Below, in pieces: positions 1 through 8,012 of a DNA stretch of 64,000 bases; position 1 is the stretch's first letter; the number at the start of each line of letters is the position of its first letter. The notes below the pieces were generated by a model. That model worked only from the letters and a program-made list of their open reading frames with translations, ran no database searches and had not been told where the DNA came from. The stretch is from Deferribacterales bacterium (lineage in GTDB: Bacteria > Chrysiogenota > Deferribacteres > Deferribacterales > Geovibrionaceae), in assembly GCA_050251945.1 (NCBI GenBank), contig JBFWLW010000001.1:512001-576000 (forward strand), read 5' to 3'. Made by a program: the position numbers and the translations under genes.

Positions 1-918
1 CTTCCAGTATAACTTTATAATGTTCCCACTACTTGTATATGGCTGGCCTTGACGATTAACAAATATAAACTCAGACCGCAAAAATGAAACAGCCTTTTGC
101 CTTTTAAGAATCTGTTGTATCATCGGGGAAAGATCAATATATCTGTCAGATCCTTCTGTTTTTGTCCGCGAGAGCTTACGTTTCGAGAAAGATTCCTTAA
201 TATGATATGACCAATTATTTGTATCCAGATTTTCCCACTTCATAGCTAGAACTTCACCGGTACGCATACCTGTAAAAAATAGAGTTGCTATTATAGGATA
301 AATCTTTTCATGGTCGTGCTGCATTTGAGAAAGAATCTTGAACATTTCTTCTTTTTCAAAAGGCTGAATATCTGGCTTATCAACACGAAGCTTAGAAATG
401 CGCTCAAACGGACTCTTATCAATATATTCCTTATCAACTGCATATATAAAAACCTGCTTGAGCGTAGTTATTGTGTTATTAACTGATTTTGCTTTTCTGC
501 CAATTGAATAATCGGCAATGAAATCATCAATATCTGCTTTAGTGATTGTATGAACTAAGCAATTATTAAAACGTTGAACAAAGTTTCTTATTTCGTTTTT
601 ATAATTATTGAATGTACTGAGAGCTATATTGCCGGAAAGATAGCGTTTCTCAGCATTTTCCATCCAGCGACCAAAGAGTTCTTCAACACACACATTAACC
701 CTAACTCTCCCACCAAATAAAATACATTTTTTTGATTCTGGAAAATACTCACTGTAATTAAAAGCATTTCTCTCTATCTTGTTCTCTATCTCTCCTAAAA
801 GACGTTCTGCATACTTGATATTAGTCTTATTGTAAGGAGCCTTGAGAGATTCACGGCAACGAACTCCTTTATATCTGAAATCAATCCAAACTTTATTATT
901 TTTTTCAAAAACACCCAT
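1..918 (-). CDS. int: Tyrosine recombinase/integrase with N-terminal arm-binding domain (partial, runs off the window; absent from the ORF track)
   Basis: Manual translation from ATG at 918: MGVFEKNNKVWIDFRYKGVRCRESL...FNYSEYFPES (arm-binding type) and ...LFFTGMRTGEVLAMKWENLD...RTKTEGSDRYIDL (catalytic Arg and Lys boxes). Confidence 0.92.
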   Translation of the reverse strand, partial: MGVFEKNNKVWIDFRYKGVRCRESLKAPYNKTNIKYAERLLGEIENKIERNAFNYSEYFPESKKCILFGGRVRVNVCVEELFGRWMENAEKRYLSGNIALSTFNNYKNEIRNFVQRFNNCLVHTITKADIDDFIADYSIGRKAKSVNNTITTLKQVFIYAVDKEYIDKSPFERISKLRVDKPDIQPFEKEEMFKILSQMQHDHEKIYPIIATLFFTGMRTGEVLAMKWENLDTNNWSYHIKESFSKRKLSRTKTEGSDRYIDLSPMIQQILKRQKAVSFLRSEFIFVNRQGQPYTSSGNIIKLYWK

Positions 919-926
919 ACGACAGA

Positions 927-1214
927 TTACTCGATACCAAGCATCTTTAAAAGAGGTTTTCTGTAAAAAAGTACTTTTCTACTTGAAAGCCTTTTATAAT
1001 GTGTGTCTTCAAGAAAATCTCCGCGACATAATTTTGATTGAATAGTGCTTTTTTTCATACGAAATAAATCTGCAACCTCTTCAACCGTCATCGTTTCATT
1101 TTGATTCTTGAAAGCAAGCTCTTTTTTTAAGCGAGAAACTTCTGTTGTCGCGTCAGCAATACTTACAGTTCCATCATCAAAAACAACAGTTTTAGTATAG
1201 ATCTCTCTTCTCAT
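927..1214 (-). CDS. Excisionase-like HTH protein
   Basis: MTVEEVADLFRMKKSTIQSK HTH; small, basic, immediately upstream of the integrase. Confidence 0.7.
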   Translation of the reverse strand: MRREIYTKTVVFDDGTVSIADATTEVSRLKKELAFKNQNETMTVEEVADLFRMKKSTIQSKLCRGDFLEDTHYKRLSSRKVLFYRKPLLKMLGIE

Positions 1215-1228
1215 ACCATTGCTCCTGG

Positions 1229-1654
1229 CTAAAAAGAATCACGACTCTGCGAGTGTTCTCTTATTAAGTTTGAAACAAGACTGCTTCGGACAGAGAAACG
1301 CCTGCGACCTAAATCAGTTATAATCTCAATGCTCACTCTCTGATTGATATCTGACAGATATTCTGCATAACGCTTTATTGACTCGCGAACATCTCCGGTA
1401 TTACTTCTACAGTCAGCAAGACTAAAGTAATCCAAAGAAACATTGTAATGTAAGGCAAATCGAGAAAGGGTTTCAAGATCCGGCTCCCTATAACCTTGCA
1501 GATAATTTGAAAGTCTTGATACTGTCAGACCAAGCTCACGAGCAACATCAGACTTTTTGGATCCTGATTCCTCTATTAGATTACGCATCCTGTCGCCAAG
1601 CTCCACTAATTTTTGATTTCTGCTATCTTTACTCATCAACCTAACCTTCGTCAT
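1229..1654 (-). CDS. XRE-family HTH transcriptional regulator
   Basis: LGDRMRNL...DVARELGLTVSRLSNYLQGYREPDLETLSRFALHYNVSLDYF. Confidence 0.85.
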   Translation of the reverse strand: MTKVRLMSKDSRNQKLVELGDRMRNLIEESGSKKSDVARELGLTVSRLSNYLQGYREPDLETLSRFALHYNVSLDYFSLADCRSNTGDVRESIKRYAEYLSDINQRVSIEIITDLGRRRFSVRSSLVSNLIREHSQSRDSF

Positions 1655-2537
1655 CTTGTATACATGCGGCGTCTATGTCGTCCAGATGAAGCTGGTATGC
1701 TTCATAAAGCGTTGCCTTTGCCTCGTCCGGTGAGATATGGGTTCCCGCTATGACTATCTCAGTCTTATGCTTTAATCGGGCATTATAGAGGTCAAGTTCA
1801 GCAGTTTGCTGTTCCTCGAAACTTTTACCCATTATTTTGAGCTTTCCTGCATAATTTTCTTCCATTACGGAGCGGATAAAGTTCTTTACTGCATCCTTGT
1901 GCAGAGTTCCCTTTCCATGCCCCATTGATACGGAGATATCTATCTTAAGCCCTGAAAGGGTTTCAAGCATCTTGAAGTTTTCGCCTATTTCGCTGTCAAG
2001 CACATTGCCTACAAAATCCGATGCGGGTGCCTCTATCGAGAGGTTCAGCTTGCGGAATATTTCCCAGTTAGTCACCTGATCGTAAGCGCTGTTGATAAAT
2101 ATGGGGCTTGCTCCTGCGGCGCTGTCTCCTGTGAGCCAGCGTGCGAAGTCTGAGAAAGCAGATGCGGATGGACCGAACCCGCCGGAAAGTGTCAGAAGTG
2201 CCTGTTTTTCCGGGTCAACGAGAGCATAGCTTACGTCTCCGAGACTGCCGCCCTCTGTGGGAGCTTCCTGAACAACACCTTCGCGGTTGAACCACACAGG
2301 AAGAAAAACCTTTCCTTTTATTAGACCAACTATAAACAGTTTCTTGTTAGAAAAAGTGATGGGTTCAAAAATCTTAAACATGAGCTCGCAGCTTTTTCCG
2401 TCGAAAAAGCCGAAGTCCATACCGCCTGCAGGCAGAGCTTCCAGCTTGAAATCCATATCTTGATAAAAGGTGTCCACTGCGGATTCCAGCCTGTAAAAAT
2501 TTACCGTTACGTTTTTTCTTTCTGCCATAATATTCAC
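1641..2537 (-). CDS. Hypothetical protein (298 aa)
   Basis: Long ORF overlapping both neighbours; no confident family. Confidence 0.75.
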   Translation of the reverse strand: MNIMAERKNVTVNFYRLESAVDTFYQDMDFKLEALPAGGMDFGFFDGKSCELMFKIFEPITFSNKKLFIVGLIKGKVFLPVWFNREGVVQEAPTEGGSLGDVSYALVDPEKQALLTLSGGFGPSASAFSDFARWLTGDSAAGASPIFINSAYDQVTNWEIFRKLNLSIEAPASDFVGNVLDSEIGENFKMLETLSGLKIDISVSMGHGKGTLHKDAVKNFIRSVMEENYAGKLKIMGKSFEEQQTAELDLYNARLKHKTEIVIAGTHISPDEAKATLYEAYQLHLDDIDAACIQDDEG

Positions 2538-2740
2538 CTGATTTTCTGATCTTCTAAATCACTTACTTTTGAGTAATCTTTTTTTATCATTTCTGCTAAG
2601 AAAGCATCACAATCATCAAATGAATCAAAACTGAGCAGATTACCGTTCAAAACACATAAGTGCTTGATTTTGTTTATTTCAACACACAGATTGTATTTCC
2701 CATTTGCATTTCTTACGATCAACATGTGTAAGGATAACAT
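2534..2740 (-). CDS. Small hypothetical protein
   Basis: 68-aa ORF overlapping the next start, just downstream of a TTGACA promoter; start uncertain. Confidence 0.45.
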   Translation of the reverse strand: MLSLHMLIVRNANGKYNLCVEINKIKHLCVLNGNLLSFDSFDDCDAFLAEMIKKDYSKVSDLEDQKIR

Positions 2741-2760
2741 TACTATTCGTAATGTGTCAA
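2738..2760 (-). promoter_or_regulatory. Sigma70-like promoter with operator palindrome for the leftward xis/int operon
   Basis: Minus-strand TTGACA at 2760-2755; inverted repeat CATTAC-N5-GTAATG in the spacer. Confidence 0.5.
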
Positions 2761-2889
2761 GCTCATGAAAGAAAATAAATCAAATAAGAATTTACAAAAT
2801 CAGATATATTGTATTGACAATATGGAGGAATATTATAAATTAACTATAATTACAAAAGATACACGTTGTTTGAATTTTAAATAAAAAAA

Positions 2890-3516
2890 TTAGGAAGATT
2901 TTTTTGAAGGGGGAATTATTTTTTTATAATCCTGAAGGCTTTTCTCCTTTTCTGCCTGTTTTATTATTTCGTCCATTCCATTATTGTCCAAATCTTTGAT
3001 TATCTCAAGAAGCCTTGATATCTGCTTCAACTTATCCGGATCTAGTTCGGATTTCTTTAAAGCATCATCCAAAGAAATCTCATTAAAAAAGTAGGCAACA
3101 GGAACACATAGCTTTTCAGCTATTGTTTGTAAAACATCAAGACTAGGAAAATTCCTGCCTCTAACATAATGACCAATCTGTATTGCCTTGACACCAATTT
3201 CCATCTTTGCGAGATCTTCATGTGTCATATGCTTTGCATGGAGTAAATCTTTAAGCAACTGACCAAAGGATTTTTCTGAAAGGACCATGCGAAAAGCACC
3301 GGTATCATAATACTCCGTATCAAGGTTAAAAAGATCATCATACGAAATATTTAAAAATTTAATCAATTTTGAAACCTTGTGAGCATCTATATTGCCCGTT
3401 CTCTCATAATACTGATATGTCTGATAAGTGACACCAAGCTCAGCGGCAATCTGCGGCTGCGTGAACCCTTTCTTATTCCTGATTGATTTTAGTTTATGTC
3501 CAACGTGTTGATACAT
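2890..3516 (-). CDS. Repressor with two tandem XRE HTH domains
   Basis: LKSIRNKKGFTQPQIAAELGVTYQTYQYYE and FGQLLKDLL...HYVRGRNFPSLDVLQTIAEKLCVPVAYFF; divergent from a Cro-like gene. Confidence 0.85.
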   Translation of the reverse strand: MYQHVGHKLKSIRNKKGFTQPQIAAELGVTYQTYQYYERTGNIDAHKVSKLIKFLNISYDDLFNLDTEYYDTGAFRMVLSEKSFGQLLKDLLHAKHMTHEDLAKMEIGVKAIQIGHYVRGRNFPSLDVLQTIAEKLCVPVAYFFNEISLDDALKKSELDPDKLKQISRLLEIIKDLDNNGMDEIIKQAEKEKSLQDYKKIIPPSKKSS

Positions 3517-3564
3517 TCTTTAAAATACCATACACTGACAATTCAGCTTAAATGAAAATATCAG

Positions 3565-3593
3565 TTGACACCAAATATTCACAGATATAACCT
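3565..3593 (+). promoter_or_regulatory. Sigma70 promoter for the cro-rep operon
   Basis: TTGACA-N17-TAACCT in the divergent intergenic region. Confidence 0.55.
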
Positions 3594-3632
3594 GTGTATA
3601 TGGTTTTTAACTTTAAAACTTTGAGGTGAAAA

Positions 3633-3857
3633 ATGCCAACATGGAGAGCATATATAAGAGAAACTGGTATTAAAATAATATCCGATGAAATTGAATGCTC
3701 ATACGAAGCAGTCCGGGCATGGGCTAACGATGATCTGGTTCCATGCAAAAAAAATACTGCAAAACTTTGCAGTATTATGCAAACCAGGCTTAAACCCGAT
3801 GAATTTGAAATTTTCAAAAAAAGCCTCGTGTCTGATATCATAACACCGGCAATTTAA
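3633..3857 (+). CDS. Cro-like small DNA-binding protein
   Basis: GAGGTG RBS; ISDEIECSYEAVRAWANDDLVP HTH-like; position opposite the repressor. Confidence 0.65.
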   Translation: MPTWRAYIRETGIKIISDEIECSYEAVRAWANDDLVPCKKNTAKLCSIMQTRLKPDEFEIFKKSLVSDIITPAI

Positions 3858-3858
3858 A

Positions 3859-6495
3859 ATGAGTAGACTGCTCATCAACGAACCGCCTTTGCTTGTGCTC
3901 CCGTTGTTAGCCAAAACAATTGGTCTCAATGAAGCTATCCTGCTTCAACAGCTCCATTACTGGCTTAAACGATCTAAGCATGAAGCAGGTGGCGAAAGAT
4001 GGGTTTACAACACATATGCAGATTGGTTAGAACAACTCCCTTTCTGGAGCGACAAAACGCTCCGAAGAATTGTAAAAAATCTTGAAGACTCACAAATCTT
4101 AATTTCAACGTATGAATTCAATCTTAGTATCAATAAGACGAAATGGTATCGAATTGATTATACTAAGCTGAATGCCCAAATCGGAACACCCAGTAAAACT
4201 GAACTAATCATTGACGACTACCCGCTTATGTTCCAGCCTACTCTCGCAGTAAATTACGGTCTCAATGAAGCCATCTTCCTTCAGCAGCTTCACTATTGGC
4301 TTAAATACGGGAATCCTAAACAGCAAGATTCACATATCTGGGTTGTCAGCAGCTATAAAAACTGGCTTAAACAATTCTCATTCTGGAGTGAAGACACTCT
4401 CTATCGAACAATAAAGAAATTATCTGATATGAATCTTGTCATAGCTACAGGAAAATACAATAGTTCCGCCATGGATAAGACCAAATGGCTTACAATCCGG
4501 TATGATATGTTCCCAGCCGCAACGATACCGCAATCTGACCAGACGACACCGCAATCTGACCAGACGATACCGCAACTTGACCAGACGATACCGCAACTTG
4601 ACCAGACGATACCGCAACTTGACCAGACGATACCGCAACTTGACCAGACGATACCGCAACTTGACCAGACGATACCGCAACTTGACCAGACGATACCGCA
4701 ATCTGACCAGATTACACCGCAATTTGACCACATACGACACCGCAATCTGACCAGTCCACATTATTATATAGACTATAATACAGAGACTATAACAAAGACT
4801 GAAAGAAAGATCGGCAAGAGCCAAAGCCAAACAACTACAAATGAAGTTTTAACATCTGTTCATGAAAATTCAGTTCAGATTCAAAAATTGCCTGACTTTT
4901 TCAACAATGTTGATAACTTTGAGGCGCACAACACGTCTCAAACGCAAGAAAGCGAACCAAACAATACCATGACATCGAAAACACCAAAAACTCTCACCAG
5001 AGACGAAATACTCGCTCATTACGATACAGCGTTCAGCTTGTTCAAGCTGTTGATAAATGAAAACGCAATTAAAAAGCCGACAGCTATCCTAGAAGGTCTG
5101 ATTGAAGACGGAATTAACAAGTATGGAAATAACTTCATTGAAATAATTTTTGAGAACGTCAAAAAATCTGATTTTTTGCTAGGGATAAAATCTTTCAATG
5201 TTAAATTATCTTGGATTATAAAAAACGCAGAAAATATAATATCCGGTAAATACGAAAATGAAGACTGTAAATCTTTGTACGAACTTGCGCAGGAGTGTTG
5301 TTCAGAAAATCAGATATGTCCTTTGATCAAAACAAATAAAACACTGCTTCAAAAATGTAAATTCTGCAACAAATACCCCAATAGACAGAACAAAGTAGGA
5401 GTAGTTGAAAAAACTCCAAAACAACAAGCAGAAGAATGTTCTGTAAAAGGCTTCTGTCCCATGGAACGTTTTAATTTAAAGCATTTAAAATCTTCCCCTG
5501 CATGTACTGTTTGCAGATTCGGGCCAAAACCAGAAGAGACAACAGTTACGGATACAGATCCTCAAACTCAAGCTAAAAAATGCTATGAAAAATGCAAAGG
5601 CATGTGTTCGCACCGTATAATGAAAACACCAGCACTTGAATATTGTATATTTTGTCCGGGAACTGTAGACACCACACCTAAAAGAAAAAAGCAAAAATCA
5701 TCAAAAAGTCGGAATCAATTAGAACAATCATGCAAAAAACCAAACGATATGATCGTTAACTATAAAAATTCAGACGAGGTCTGGATTGCCGCATATGAAT
5801 TTATCAACAGCATTGATGAACATAGAAAAATCTCAAAACTTATAGAGGAAGTTGCCGTATTTTCTGTCTATAGCGTAAGCGATTTGCACTCTGAAAGCCT
5901 GATTATCGCATATAACACGTTAATGGAATTTGCTGCTACAGATCAACACATTACTCTTTCAAAACTACAAAGTCACTTCTACATGAATTTAAAGAATTTT
6001 TTTATCAGGAAATGCTCTAATATTCCAGCTCTGAGGGACGTTCTGAAGACTGATAACAAAAGTGCATGTTCATTTTTCGATATTTCGGAGATAGAAGGAG
6101 TATTGCAGACTGAAATTGATAATTCAAACTCAGTTTTCATTGACGATGAACTGGACAACGATTTAATCACAAATTCAGACGAAACCATACGCATTCTTTT
6201 AGGCATACTTGAACCGAAAGAAGAACAGGTTTTTCGTTACAGATTCGGTTTAACACAGCGCGGGAAACTGACACAAAAAGAATGTGGTGAGATATTTAAC
6301 TGTACGGATAAAAACGTTCTCAAGATAGAAAAAGAGGCTGTAAATAAGATTAAAGAATTCATAAAAGAAGAAAAAATTAATAAAGACATGTCTATCAGTC
6401 TGCTTAAAGAAAAAGTCGCTCAATACCAAAAGAAATTAAAACCGATTAAATTTGATGGTTATTTTGAACTTGGAAATCTCGCTAATGCTATCTAA
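3859..6495 (+). CDS. Phage-type replication initiator: duplicated N-terminal wHTH, iteron-encoded linker, Cys-rich repeats, C-terminal sigma70 region-4-like HTH
   Basis: Two copies of GLNEAI(L/F)LQQLHYWLK...W...Y..W..Q..FWS..TL.R; C-terminal LEPKEEQVFRYRFGLTQRGKLTQKECGEIFNCTDKNVLKIEKEAVNKIK. Confidence 0.75.
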   Translation: MSRLLINEPPLLVLPLLAKTIGLNEAILLQQLHYWLKRSKHEAGGERWVYNTYADWLEQLPFWSDKTLRRIVKNLEDSQILISTYEFNLSINKTKWYRIDYTKLNAQIGTPSKTELIIDDYPLMFQPTLAVNYGLNEAIFLQQLHYWLKYGNPKQQDSHIWVVSSYKNWLKQFSFWSEDTLYRTIKKLSDMNLVIATGKYNSSAMDKTKWLTIRYDMFPAATIPQSDQTTPQSDQTIPQLDQTIPQLDQTIPQLDQTIPQLDQTIPQLDQTIPQLDQTIPQSDQITPQFDHIRHRNLTSPHYYIDYNTETITKTERKIGKSQSQTTTNEVLTSVHENSVQIQKLPDFFNNVDNFEAHNTSQTQESEPNNTMTSKTPKTLTRDEILAHYDTAFSLFKLLINENAIKKPTAILEGLIEDGINKYGNNFIEIIFENVKKSDFLLGIKSFNVKLSWIIKNAENIISGKYENEDCKSLYELAQECCSENQICPLIKTNKTLLQKCKFCNKYPNRQNKVGVVEKTPKQQAEECSVKGFCPMERFNLKHLKSSPACTVCRFGPKPEETTVTDTDPQTQAKKCYEKCKGMCSHRIMKTPALEYCIFCPGTVDTTPKRKKQKSSKSRNQLEQSCKKPNDMIVNYKNSDEVWIAAYEFINSIDEHRKISKLIEEVAVFSVYSVSDLHSESLIIAYNTLMEFAATDQHITLSKLQSHFYMNLKNFFIRKCSNIPALRDVLKTDNKSACSFFDISEIEGVLQTEIDNSNSVFIDDELDNDLITNSDETIRILLGILEPKEEQVFRYRFGLTQRGKLTQKECGEIFNCTDKNVLKIEKEAVNKIKEFIKEEKINKDMSISLLKEKVAQYQKKLKPIKFDGYFELGNLANAI
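4522..4754 (+). repeat. Eleven 21-bp direct repeats (ACGATACCGCAA(CT/TC)TGACCAG), probable iterons
   Basis: Ten in-frame copies encoding TIPQ(L/S)DQ-type units plus an eleventh copy offset by 2 nt. Confidence 0.9.
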
Positions 6496-6520
6496 AAAAG
6501 GGGAAGCCGAAGCTTCCCCT
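6494..6520 (-). terminator. Intrinsic terminator for the minus-strand RNA
   Basis: Minus strand reads AGGGGAAGC-TTCG-GCTTCCCC-TTTTTT; the U-tract is on the minus strand. Confidence 0.85.
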
Positions 6521-7745
6521 AATGAGACAGACAAGTTGAACTTGTCCGGTATCTTAAAAGCATTTACTTCCATAGAAGATTTGAACCTAGATCCCTTCGG
6601 CCAGCACCTTTTCTTCAGTGCTCATCTGTCCTTCGCTTACCACTTTCCGGTGCCACCCGGATAATGTGCCGCAGGCTCTTAACCTGTACGGTCGGACGCA
6701 GACGTGGAGCTTGCGCTCCGGGCTTACTACGAATCCTCTGTGCCCTGCCGGATATCCGACAGGTTACATCCCCGATTCAGATAATGCACCAACAGCCTAA
6801 GCTGTCCCGATGCCGTGAGCTTCTACCTCACCTACCCCATGTAATACCTTAGACGGCTCCTGTACTTTAATTTTCGGCGTCGGCACTTATGCCGGCTTTA
6901 ATGCAGTTTTCAGCTTACGAAGTGTCACAGATCAGCTTACTCGCACTTACTTATCAAAGTTTTAAACGGAGCTTCCTCTCGTCGTCATAGTATTTCGTGT
7001 CGCCCTCACGGGCTTTAAACCGACTGCTCTAATTGCAAGGACTTCAGGATGACCAATCCGTTATCTCCCGCAACCGCCGGTTCACTTGCGGGTTAGCAGA
7101 GCTTCAGCTCATGCTCCCCCGACCAAAAGGGTATCTATCCTATCCAGGCGCACCGCTTCGCGCGCTTAAAACGAAACATGAACTCAACCTTTAGTCACAC
7201 CCTGCTTTGGCAAAGCAGGTAGCTCCTGAAGGCTGGTTCCCGAACCATGCGGACGAGTTTCCTTCGTACATGGCTCTCCGGTTCATCCCTTATTCCGTAA
7301 AATGGCTTGAAGTTTCATCGGAGCTGGTCAGGCTCTGGAAATACGGACTTCGGGACTCTCCTACAGTTGAAATGCTTTTAAAAAACCAGGCATCAATCTA
7401 TATCATCAGCTAAAAAGCTGTTGGCTGGGGAAAGTGCCGCTGATTTCGTTCGTTTCTACATACTGCCTCCAAACGGCTACTCGCCGTAACTCAGAGAAAC
7501 GAATCTCATCTTGTGCACTTGCTTATTTTGGTTTGCATCTGCAGACAGAAACACAACCTCACTCAGTCGGGGTCCCTTTCCGGGACTAATGCGTACCTGC
7601 TGTATAGCAGTAAGAAGTGTAACCATGGAATTTAATCACAATATTGCTGTCCTGAGTTTCAGGGTTCCTTTCCGGAACAACACAGCTTTGCCCACGTTGG
7701 CGGACTAACCGGGAGCAATCAAGCTCTATTTATTTCACAATATAT
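6494..7745 (-). ncRNA. Circularly permuted group II intron RNA (D5-D6 / 24-nt exon / D1-D3, permuted in D4)
   Basis: D5 at 7276-7242 GAGCCATGTACGAAGGAAACTCGTCCGCATGGTTC; D6 with bulged A ending ...TTG-A-GTTCAT at 7178; 5' splice site GTGCG at 7153; D2 hairpin CCTGTCGGATATCCGGCAGG; D3 AGAGGATTCGTAGTA...GAAGGGATCT; D4 halves GGTTCA/TGAACC plus a 12-bp long-range helix. Confidence 0.88.
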
Positions 7746-7751
7746 GTCTGG

Positions 7752-7781
7752 AATTTAGTCCGTTATCAGCGTAGATGTCAA
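7752..7781 (-). promoter_or_regulatory. Sigma70 promoter for the permuted intron RNA
   Basis: Minus strand TTGACA-N18-TAAATT. Confidence 0.65.
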
Positions 7782-7810
7782 CGCTTTTGCCGTTCGTTAT
7801 ATCCACTTCT

Positions 7811-7849
7811 GTAATAAACGATAACATTTTGATGTTATTCGTTTATTAC
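7811..7849. repeat. AT-rich inverted repeat
   Basis: GTAATAAACGATAACAT-tttg-ATGTTATTCGTTTATTAC (one bulge). Confidence 0.8.
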
Positions 7850-7865
7850 TTTTCGATGATGGAAC

Positions 7866-7984
7866 GAAGGATTGTGGAAAAGTCTTACTCCGAAGCTCGT
7901 CTCAACGCCTGCGGGGGTTTCTGCCTTACCCCCGCCCACCGGCGTAGCCTTCGAGCATCTACGGCGACTTTACCACAATCCTTC
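7866..7984. repeat. Long imperfect nested hairpin
   Basis: 19-bp outer arms GAAGGATTGTGGAAAAGTC / GACTTTACCACAATCCTTC (1 mismatch); inner CGAAG/CTTCG, ACGCC/GGCGT and GCGGGGG/CCCCCGC. Confidence 0.8.
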
Positions 7985-8012
7985 TCTTTACCATCCATGA
8001 CATTATAAGAGT

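Noticed and set aside
4522..4754. CRISPR array
   Set aside because: The repeats are contiguous with no unique spacers, lie inside a CDS, and no cas genes are present.
6494..7745. Two tandem truncated ordinary group II introns, or a twintron
   Set aside because: The halves are complementary through D4 pairings, bounded by one promoter and one terminator, with no intron ORF remnant. This fits a single permuted unit.
6452..8008. Short plus-strand ORFs (60-77 aa) in the ORF track
   Set aside because: No RBS or recognisable motifs; the region is better explained as the antisense of a structured ribozyme and DNA hairpins.
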